IMG/VR virus record: IMGVR_UViG_3300035661_000037
Span: 1 to 64,000 of that record
From: a virus
DNA: 64,000 nt
Reading direction: 5' to 3' (one strand)
Shown one piece after another: positions 25,156-32,943 of this stretch (position 1 is the stretch's first letter; every line of letters begins with the position of its first letter). A program made the position numbers and the translations under genes. A model generated the notes under the pieces. It did not search any database and was not told the DNA's origin. It worked only from the letters and a program-made list of their open reading frames with translations.

Positions 25156-26730
25156 ATGACAATCCAAATCGATCGAAAAAGTAAGTCACTAATTCTGCCT
25201 ATTGGTATGAAAGAATTCGTGAGCGATCTAAAACACAAAGTTATTGAGGATTGTGGGAAGTCGTTCGTGGCAGTGAAATACGATCTAAATTCATACAAAA
25301 AACTTAAAGATTGTGGGCTAGACATACCACATCCGATAGACACGATATACGACTGGCCGAAACTCGCTAATCGCTACGACCCTATGCCACATCAAAAAGT
25401 GGCTGCTAGGTTTATGGTTGATAACAAACGTTGCTTCAATCTATCAGAGCCTAGAACGGGCAAGACATTCAGTATCATGCTGGCTTTTGATTACCTTAGA
25501 AAATCTGGGCAAGCTCGCCGGATGGTAATCTATTCAACACTGTCCACAGTTACAACAGTATGGCAGCAGATCGTTTGGGAGTCATTTCAAGACTACACCT
25601 GCGGGGTTATCCACGGGGGTAAAGAAAAGATTGAAGAGATGCTATCATATAATTTTGACGTACTCGTTATAAACCACGACGGCTGCAAGAACAAAGCTAT
25701 TCAGAAATATATTCAGGAGGCAAAAGACATTGACATAATCGCATGGGACGAGGCCGATGTTTTGTCCAGCGCTCAAAGTGCCATGTGGAAGACCTTCAGA
25801 GATTCTATAAAGCCACAGCATCGTTTGATACTTGCTACGGGCACACCAACTGGGGAGAACCCGCTATCAGCTTTCGCGCTTACAAAACTCGTGTCGCCAG
25901 ACAATATTCCTAAATACTTCGGTGCTTGGCGAAATATGGTGATGTATCAGATCAGCCAGTTCACGTATAAAGCTCGAAAAGAAGCTAATACACTTGTACA
26001 CAAGGCGATGCAACCCGCAATCTGTTTTAGAAAAAGTGAGGTATTAACCCTACCAGAACTAACAAACGTTCGTATCGAATGTGAGTTGAGTGCAGAGCAG
26101 AAAAAGATGTATGACAGTATGCGAAAAGACATGCTGATGGAACACTCATCTGGTGATAAAGTTTTAGCATTGTCAGCAAGCGATAAAGTTTTGAAACTGC
26201 TCCAAATTGGTCTAGGGGCATATCGCACAGGTGAAAAAGAATATCAGGAACTCGACTGCCAGCCACGAATCGACGCGATTATGGAATGTATTGGAAAGAC
26301 ACCTCAAAAAAGTATTGTGTTCTGCCCATTCCGAGGGGCAATGGCGTTGTATTACCGAGAGATAGGCAAGCACTATAGCTGTGAAATGGTTAATGGTGAC
26401 ACGTCAAAGAAAGAACGCGATAGGATATTTACAGAGTTCCAAAACTCTAGCGAACCACACGTACTTTTAGCACACCCACAAATATGTGCACACGGGCTTG
26501 AGATGGCTGCGGCGGACACAATAATCTGGGCAGCACCTAGTCAGCGAGGACTACACTTCTTGCAAGCTAACGAAAGGATAGCATCGGCATTGCAGAAGCA
26601 CCCCATGACGATATTCTATATTGGCGCAACACCTATTGAGTGGAAACGCTTTGATAGTTTGATAGCTAAACGCGATGACCAGTCAGCGCTGCTTGATTTA
26701 TATAAAGAGATTCTTGCAGATAGAGTATAA
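25156..26730 (+). CDS. SNF2-like SF2 helicase
   Basis: PHQ, EPRTGKT, DEAD, ATGTP, AHGL, QANERI. Confidence 0.9.
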   Translation: MTIQIDRKSKSLILPIGMKEFVSDLKHKVIEDCGKSFVAVKYDLNSYKKLKDCGLDIPHPIDTIYDWPKLANRYDPMPHQKVAARFMVDNKRCFNLSEPRTGKTFSIMLAFDYLRKSGQARRMVIYSTLSTVTTVWQQIVWESFQDYTCGVIHGGKEKIEEMLSYNFDVLVINHDGCKNKAIQKYIQEAKDIDIIAWDEADVLSSAQSAMWKTFRDSIKPQHRLILATGTPTGENPLSAFALTKLVSPDNIPKYFGAWRNMVMYQISQFTYKARKEANTLVHKAMQPAICFRKSEVLTLPELTNVRIECELSAEQKKMYDSMRKDMLMEHSSGDKVLALSASDKVLKLLQIGLGAYRTGEKEYQELDCQPRIDAIMECIGKTPQKSIVFCPFRGAMALYYREIGKHYSCEMVNGDTSKKERDRIFTEFQNSSEPHVLLAHPQICAHGLEMAAADTIIWAAPSQRGLHFLQANERIASALQKHPMTIFYIGATPIEWKRFDSLIAKRDDQSALLDLYKEILADRV

Positions 26731-26760
26731 TATCAGAACTAAATTAAAGAGCCCCTAAAA

Positions 26761-27027
26761 ATGTTAAAACCTATCTGGAAACAGGAACTGAAAATCACAG
26801 GTGAGCAGTTCGTAGAGTTACCACAAGGTTTGGAACTACTTACAGTGCAGATCCAAAATGGAAGCCCTCAGTTGTGGTTTAAGTGCGACCCTAACACACC
26901 CAAGATACTTAGGCGCATCCGAATCTATGGTACGGGTGTACCCGTATCTTTGGCAGATGAGCAGTACCTAGCAACGTTTCAGATTGCTGATGGTCAGCTT
27001 GTATTTCATGTATTTGTAGGAGTTTAA
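26761..27027 (+). CDS. conserved phage hypothetical protein
   Basis: IWK..L...IYGTG...LVFHVF pattern. Confidence 0.75.
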   Translation: MLKPIWKQELKITGEQFVELPQGLELLTVQIQNGSPQLWFKCDPNTPKILRRIRIYGTGVPVSLADEQYLATFQIADGQLVFHVFVGV

Positions 27028-27915
27028 ATGTTCAAACCAATGTTAGCTTGTACTATCGAGGATGTATCAACCATTGCATTCCCAGTAATTACCTCGGCCA
27101 AATTAGATGGGCAAAGATGCCTGTGCCACAGTAATAAGGCTGTGTCACGTAACTTGAAACCTATCCGCAATACTTATGTTCGAGAGCAACTGGAAGCCAA
27201 CATGGACGTTCTTAACGGCTTTGATGGCGAACTGTGTTTACAAGACCTGACAGCGAAATTTAACCAAGTGTCGTCAGCCTTGAGCACCTACGATGGTCAG
27301 CCAAAGTTCTCATACGTTATTTTCGACTACCACGCGGAACCTTACGCAAACTATCACACGCGGTTCCTAAACAAACTTGACCAAAAGTTTCCAAATTTTG
27401 TAGTAGTTGTGCCGATGCTTATTGTTAATAATGTTGAAGAACTCATGGCGCAACACGCCGCATGGACTGAACTAGGCTTTGAAGGCACTATGTGCAGACG
27501 CTTCGATGGTAAGGATTCCTACAAGATGGGTAGGGTGACAGCATCGCAAGGATACTTGGGCAAGATCAAAGATTTCGCGGACGACGAAGGTCGCGTAGTG
27601 GGGTTTACTGAACGCCTTGAGAACCAGAACGAAGCAACCAAAGATAACTTAGGGCATACGCACCGTTCATCGCACATCAGCAACATGGTCGGTCGTGGAG
27701 ACTTAGGGGCGATAGTTGTCAAGTCAGATAAGTTTCACGAACCATTCTCAATAGGCTCGGGTTTTGATGACGAACAGCGATTTAACATCTACGAAAATCA
27801 GTCAGAATATCTTGGGAAGTTAGTCAAGTTTCGCCACCAACCTAGTGGCGCCAAAGAAGGTGGTAGCCCTCGTTTCCCGACTTTTAGTGGCTGGCGAGAC
27901 GAGGATGATGTTTAA
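27028..27915 (+). CDS. ATP-dependent DNA ligase
   Basis: KPMLA, KLDGQR, FDGEL, IFD, FEG, IGSGF, PRFP. Confidence 0.95.
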   Translation: MFKPMLACTIEDVSTIAFPVITSAKLDGQRCLCHSNKAVSRNLKPIRNTYVREQLEANMDVLNGFDGELCLQDLTAKFNQVSSALSTYDGQPKFSYVIFDYHAEPYANYHTRFLNKLDQKFPNFVVVVPMLIVNNVEELMAQHAAWTELGFEGTMCRRFDGKDSYKMGRVTASQGYLGKIKDFADDEGRVVGFTERLENQNEATKDNLGHTHRSSHISNMVGRGDLGAIVVKSDKFHEPFSIGSGFDDEQRFNIYENQSEYLGKLVKFRHQPSGAKEGGSPRFPTFSGWRDEDDV

Positions 27916-27918
27916 CAC

Positions 27919-27963
27919 TTGACAAAGGTATTAAACTCTTAGATAATACTCGAACTGAATTAA
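27919..27963 (+). promoter_or_regulatory. sigma70 promoter with GAACTGAATTAA motif
   Basis: TTGACA-17-GATAAT-N4-GAACTGAATTAA. Confidence 0.75.
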
Positions 27964-27981
27964 TAACCCGAGGAGATATAA

Positions 27982-28218
27982 ATGTGGATTTCTGTAACCG
28001 ACCGTCTTCCAGAGATGATTAAATACGACAACTACTATGCTGAATCGCTACCAGTTATGTGCGTTATTGGAAATGATATCTACCCTACCATATGTATTCT
28101 TACACAATACGAAGACGAGAAGCCCCGCTGGAAGACACATGATAGCGAAGGGTGGGATGTTACTTATGACGTAACTCATTGGGCGCCCTGTCAAGAGCTG
28201 CCGAAACGCACACCATAA
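27982..28218 (+). CDS. DUF551-like protein
   Basis: WISVTDRLPE...VTHWAP. Confidence 0.85.
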   Translation: MWISVTDRLPEMIKYDNYYAESLPVMCVIGNDIYPTICILTQYEDEKPRWKTHDSEGWDVTYDVTHWAPCQELPKRTP

Positions 28219-28318
28219 CCCCAAACAGGTTTAAATAAACTAAACCACCGTTCCACCATACTAAACGTAAATGTCCAAAGTGCAAGATTGATAATAACCA
28301 CTGTATAAAGGTGAAGAA

Positions 28319-28651
28319 ATGATAACCACCCAACAACTAATAGATGCTGGCTACCGAAAATACACGGGGCAGACTGAAAAACAGTTCAGCAACGTCATGT
28401 ACCAGAAGCGCGTTGACGATGAGCTAGGTAAGAAATATTTTATAAATGTCAGCGAGTGGGATAACCACGAGTACCGGCTAAGATATAGTGATATGCTTGA
28501 CTTTAGTTACGAAGCTGGTGCGCAACTAACCGACGATCTAGGGACGGTATTTAACGTTGAACTGCTATGTCCTGACAATATTAAGTCGGTTGAAGCGTTC
28601 TTTGAGGGTCTTTGGGTTAGTAAACGGTGTGAATATTATGAGAAATTTTAA
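28319..28651 (+). CDS. hypothetical protein
   Basis: 110 aa with AAGGT RBS. Confidence 0.75.
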   Translation: MITTQQLIDAGYRKYTGQTEKQFSNVMYQKRVDDELGKKYFINVSEWDNHEYRLRYSDMLDFSYEAGAQLTDDLGTVFNVELLCPDNIKSVEAFFEGLWVSKRCEYYEKF

Positions 28652-28654
28652 TAG

Positions 28655-30220
28655 ATGATTAGTAAATTCCCAAAAAACTTTACTCCTCGTGAGATACAAG
28701 TAAAGGCTATCATGGCTATTGATGCTGCTGTCAAAGCCGGTAAGAAGTTTATCGTCCTCGAAGCACCTGTCGGATGCGGAAAATCACAAATCTCCATGAC
28801 CGTCTCAAACTGGTCACAGGACGCATACTGCATTATGCCGCGCAAAAACCTACAAGCACAATATCAGCAGACGTTTGAGGGTGACGTGCGACTAGTTTCT
28901 GGTCGTGCTAGTCAACCATGTACCTATGGCGACCCTGTACTTAACAAGAAAGTCATACCACTAATAAAGTCTGGTGGGCATGTAGCACATCCAGAACTAT
29001 CTAAGTCCTGTGCTACCGCACCATGTATGAATGTCAGACCACCGAAGCGTAAGCAGGTGTTAGACGATTGTTCGCAGTCAGGCGCTTGCCCCTATGCTAC
29101 AATGCTTGAAGAAGCCTGTAAGCATGACGTGATAGTAGCTAACAACCATTCGTTTTTCTATGGAGGTGCGAACGGTAATCTACCAAAGCGCAAAGTGTTA
29201 GTAATCGACGAAGCCCATTCGTTACTGCCGATGCTTCGAGATATGATGAAGGTATCGTTTATTATTTATCGCAATGTACTTGAGACCGACTTGATAGGGT
29301 TAAAGACACCACAACAGTTTGTGAACTGGCTGAAGTTTGATGAGCAGTTTCTCACGCTTCCAAATGACAAGAGAGAAGAGTATTTAGCTAAGTTAGAGAA
29401 ATTCGAAAAATCGGGCGAGGCTGTGTTTGGAAAGCAAGCAATTGTTAAAGTTATTCAAGACCGCTCCAAGACCACATTTGAGTTTACACCATCATATGTA
29501 GGCGGCGCAGCACATAGTTTCTTCTTCGACTACGCTGACATTGTTGTATTGATGAGCGGAACTATTTACGATGTCGCACAGTTCTGCAACCCGCTAGGGC
29601 TAAAGTTAGAAGATGCCTCATATACTAGACTAGCTAGTGACTTCCCAGCAGCCAATAGACCTGTCGTGCGGCCACGCAATAAAACTTTAGACCTATCGCA
29701 TAAGGGATGGGATATTAACGTAGCCCAAGCCGTCGCAACGGTCAAGAGTATCATGACACACCATAAAGGTGACAAGGGACTAATTCACGCCCCTAACTAT
29801 CGCCTTGCCCAACAACTGTATACGATGCTCTACGATACAGGTAGGGTAGTTACGCACACCCCTGAGAATTTTACGCAGCAGTTGCAGATGTTTTACGCAA
29901 GCAAAGAGCCGCTAGTTCTGATTAGCCCAAGTGTACGAGAAGGAGTCGATTTTTCGCATAGTAGGGCACGTTTTCAATGTCTGATGCGACCACCTTACGC
30001 ACCCGCCGATGACCCCTATAACAAGTGGTTAATACACAATGGTCGATGGGACTTGTATTATCGTCAGGCGTTGATAGAATTTGGGCAAATTTTGGGTCGA
30101 CCTGTACGCAGCAAAGAAGATTTTGGAACATCATACCTAATATCCAGCACGTTCGATAAGTTCCTAACTAAAATATGGTCACAACTCCCACAGTGGCAAC
30201 GCGACGCATTTGTTGCTTGA
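28655..30220 (+). CDS. DinG/Rad3-like SF2 helicase
   Basis: PREIQ, EAPVGCGKS, Cys-rich segment with CPY, DEAH, MSGT, EGVDF, GRPVRS. Confidence 0.9.
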   Translation: MISKFPKNFTPREIQVKAIMAIDAAVKAGKKFIVLEAPVGCGKSQISMTVSNWSQDAYCIMPRKNLQAQYQQTFEGDVRLVSGRASQPCTYGDPVLNKKVIPLIKSGGHVAHPELSKSCATAPCMNVRPPKRKQVLDDCSQSGACPYATMLEEACKHDVIVANNHSFFYGGANGNLPKRKVLVIDEAHSLLPMLRDMMKVSFIIYRNVLETDLIGLKTPQQFVNWLKFDEQFLTLPNDKREEYLAKLEKFEKSGEAVFGKQAIVKVIQDRSKTTFEFTPSYVGGAAHSFFFDYADIVVLMSGTIYDVAQFCNPLGLKLEDASYTRLASDFPAANRPVVRPRNKTLDLSHKGWDINVAQAVATVKSIMTHHKGDKGLIHAPNYRLAQQLYTMLYDTGRVVTHTPENFTQQLQMFYASKEPLVLISPSVREGVDFSHSRARFQCLMRPPYAPADDPYNKWLIHNGRWDLYYRQALIEFGQILGRPVRSKEDFGTSYLISSTFDKFLTKIWSQLPQWQRDAFVA

Positions 30221-30280
30221 TATTTTCTATGGTTCGTGTATAATGGTTGAACTTAATTAAGGATAGATTAGGGGAATACG

Positions 30281-30535
30281 ATGATTAAAACTACAGGGAA
30301 AGCGTTAAAATTATTTTTTGCAGAGCGTAGTTATTGGGTTCACGAAGACCTTAAAGTATCTATAAATGGTTCTAAAACTCATGGCAACTACCATAACGTA
30401 TCCGATGATGATGAGTTGGTAATACGAGGAGGTTTTGTTTTTAGAGGAGACCATTCTGCAATCAATACTGATTTTGAAAAGCAATATAGGACTTGGCGTA
30501 TCCGTAGATACCTACAGCGCGTGCAGAGCGTTTAA
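30281..30535 (+). CDS. hypothetical protein
   Basis: Follows promoter 30217-30260. Confidence 0.7.
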   Translation: MIKTTGKALKLFFAERSYWVHEDLKVSINGSKTHGNYHNVSDDDELVIRGGFVFRGDHSAINTDFEKQYRTWRIRRYLQRVQSV

Positions 30536-30766
30536 ATGAGTCAAACCAGACACATCTGCGCCAATAAAACATACTACTACAACGGCTGGGATTTCGAGTA
30601 TCTATACTACGGAGGTCCGTGGCCATTGAAGAAAGACGGCGACCCTCGTAAATGTTGCGGTGAGAAGTTTTGGAAAGACATTTATGGGTTCTTAAAGTTG
30701 TCTGATGAAGATAAGAAACAATATCAGACTGGTGAAGGTTGTATTCGGTTCTTAAGAAGTGTATAA
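30536..30766 (+). CDS. hypothetical protein (GPWPLKKDGDPRK)
   Basis: 76 aa, adjacent to the upstream stop. Confidence 0.7.
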   Translation: MSQTRHICANKTYYYNGWDFEYLYYGGPWPLKKDGDPRKCCGEKFWKDIYGFLKLSDEDKKQYQTGEGCIRFLRSV

Positions 30767-30797
30767 TGGTTGAACTTAATTTATAAAGAGGTGTAAA

Positions 30798-31001
30798 ATG
30801 ATCCCAAAACAAGCACTAGCTAGAGGTTATACTACCGATAAGCAGGATAAAGAATTCTTAGAAAATATTATTGATTCACGAATACTTGAGGCAGCTATAA
30901 CGTGGATCACACTGGAATTTTCCCCAGAGGACCTATATGCGAAAAGTATATTAGGAGCTTGGGCAGAGAATAACGGTTACATTAAGGATGAATTAAAATG
31001 A
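30798..31001 (+). CDS. hypothetical protein
   Basis: GAGG RBS; follows promoter 30739-30783. Confidence 0.7.
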   Translation: MIPKQALARGYTTDKQDKEFLENIIDSRILEAAITWITLEFSPEDLYAKSILGAWAENNGYIKDELK

Positions 31002-31597
31002 CCCCAAAACAAGCACTAATAGATTATGAAATCTGCCTAAAATCTATCCGCAAAGCCGAAGATGATTATGCACGTATAAAGACCGTGCTGGTATCAAAGA
31101 GGATGAAAATAGAGTCGTACCTGCTCCAGCAAGGTGTGGAGTTTGAGGCACTACCACTGATTGTCGCTGAAGATCGCCCATTCCTTAACTGGAACTTAAA
31201 GCGTAAGACTGATGCGAGTGCCATCGAGACGCATATGCAGATTGACGACACAATGATCCCTAAACTGACGGCGAGTATTAAGGAAGAAGTAGATGCTCAA
31301 AAAGCAGCATTAGAAGTAATTGAAAACTGGACACTTGCGCGGCTGAATGAGTGCGGCGTAAATAACTTCTCTACTGACTTCGGAACTGCATCGCGCATGA
31401 CAGTTAAACGTTACAGCATTGCAGACAAGAAACTATTTTTAAAAGACGCGCTAAAACACGGCTACGAGTCCGATGTCACTGTGTCAGTACGCCCGAACTC
31501 TAAGCTAATGACGACGTTAGTAGAGGAGAATGGTGAGTTACCAGCAGGTGTGTCGATGACACAGATTTATGAGGCAAGGTTCACGAAAGGTAAGTAG
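30998..31597 (+). CDS. conserved replication-module protein (coiled coil, LPAGV C-terminus)
   Basis: 199 aa; precedes the SSB-like gene. Confidence 0.75.
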   Translation: MTPKQALIDYEICLKSIRKAEDDYARIKTVLVSKRMKIESYLLQQGVEFEALPLIVAEDRPFLNWNLKRKTDASAIETHMQIDDTMIPKLTASIKEEVDAQKAALEVIENWTLARLNECGVNNFSTDFGTASRMTVKRYSIADKKLFLKDALKHGYESDVTVSVRPNSKLMTTLVEENGELPAGVSMTQIYEARFTKGK

Positions 31598-31624
31598 TTT
31601 ATTAATTTTAAAGGAGAAACAAAG

Positions 31625-32599
31625 ATGTCGGATACAACAACACAAGTAGCAACCGTAAACCCAGCCGATATAGAACTGCTTAAACAGTTCGGACTGGCGG
31701 CAAACGTTCAGCAGGTGGAGAAGATCAATTCCATCTCTATCAAAGGTAGCAAATTTCGTTACTCAATTGACGGACAAGTAAAGACAGTTGAAATTGATGT
31801 TGACGGCGAAAAAATGGCATCTCCGTCGGTTAAGATGATCGTACTTAACCAGATCCCCGCACGGAGTTACGCACTATTTGAGGGTACGTATGAGGAAGGC
31901 TCAAACGCCGCCCCAGTATGCTATTCGCTAGAAGGTAAGCGTCCAGATGTAGATCAAGGAGCCAAGCCGCCAGAGGGCGCCACAAACTGCGCGACTTGTC
32001 CTAAGCGCATTGTTGGTTCGGCATTCAGTAATGGCGATGAGTCTAAGCCAACACGGGCATGTAAAGAATCTAAGCGACTGGCTGTTGTATTGGCGCAGGA
32101 ACCTACACACACACCGTTGAAGTTGCAACTCCCCGTTACATCGCTGTGGGAGGATAAATCATCCGCTGCGCAAAAAGAAGCAAATGGTTGGTTTTCATGG
32201 GATAATTTTGTAAAACACCTTGCCGCCAAAGGAGTGGCACATACCGCTATGGCGGAAGTTACCATGCGATTCGATGCAGATGCGTCAAGCCCGAAATTAC
32301 AATTCAAATTTTCTGGCAGACTACCCGATGCAGCAATCCTGAAAGTCCTACCACTCGTCAATAGTGCAGAAGTCCAGAAGGTTCTTGGCCTGAATCGTGA
32401 ACCCCGTGCAGCACAAACAGTCGTCGAACCCGTAGCACCCGTAGCACCCGCAGCTATTGCTGAAACTGTAGCACCAGCACCAGTTGTAGAAAAGGTAGTT
32501 GAAGTTGCAAAACCTAAGCCAGCCAAGAAAGCCGCAGAGCCTGTAGTAGTTGCCGAAGCCTCACAGGCCGTGTCAGACCAGTTGGAAGAACCTTGGTAA
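31625..32599 (+). CDS. putative ssDNA-binding/recombination protein
   Basis: ISIKG.KFR, CYS..G..P, CATCP, RAC..KRLAV; Ala/Pro/Val tail with acidic-aromatic end EEPW. Confidence 0.7.
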   Translation: MSDTTTQVATVNPADIELLKQFGLAANVQQVEKINSISIKGSKFRYSIDGQVKTVEIDVDGEKMASPSVKMIVLNQIPARSYALFEGTYEEGSNAAPVCYSLEGKRPDVDQGAKPPEGATNCATCPKRIVGSAFSNGDESKPTRACKESKRLAVVLAQEPTHTPLKLQLPVTSLWEDKSSAAQKEANGWFSWDNFVKHLAAKGVAHTAMAEVTMRFDADASSPKLQFKFSGRLPDAAILKVLPLVNSAEVQKVLGLNREPRAAQTVVEPVAPVAPAAIAETVAPAPVVEKVVEVAKPKPAKKAAEPVVVAEASQAVSDQLEEPW

Positions 32600-32610
32600 A
32601 GTAGTCTAGT

Positions 32611-32655
32611 AAGTTGATATGAGGTTCGTGGTTATTTTGGACTTCGTATCAACTT
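32611..32655. terminator. long hairpin after the SSB-like gene
   Basis: AAGTTGATATGAGGTTC...GGACTTCGTATCAACTT, 17-bp stem with G-U pairs. Confidence 0.5.
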
Positions 32656-32680
32656 AATTGATTTCATTGAGGGATTTAAA

Positions 32681-32854
32681 ATGACAACAGACCAAAAGGT
32701 AATTGCCTGGGCATGCGCAGCGATTGTGTTCTGCGCAAGTATAATAGTCGCATATAAAGTTTACGCTATTACTATTAGTAGAGATACTTTTTTAGAATGT
32801 CTGAAAGAAAACATAGACTCTAGTAAGTATTTACCGACCTGTCACCAACGGTAA
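32681..32854 (+). CDS. small membrane protein (57 aa)
   Basis: Read manually; GAGG RBS; MTTDQKVIAWACAAIVF. Confidence 0.55.
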   Translation: MTTDQKVIAWACAAIVFCASIIVAYKVYAITISRDTFLECLKENIDSSKYLPTCHQR

Positions 32855-32943
32855 CAGCCCCGCGCTGCAAAAACGCCACTTGCCATCTAAACTAGCAAGT
32901 GGTATCCTCCACGCCTTACGAAGAATAGATCGAATATAAGAAG

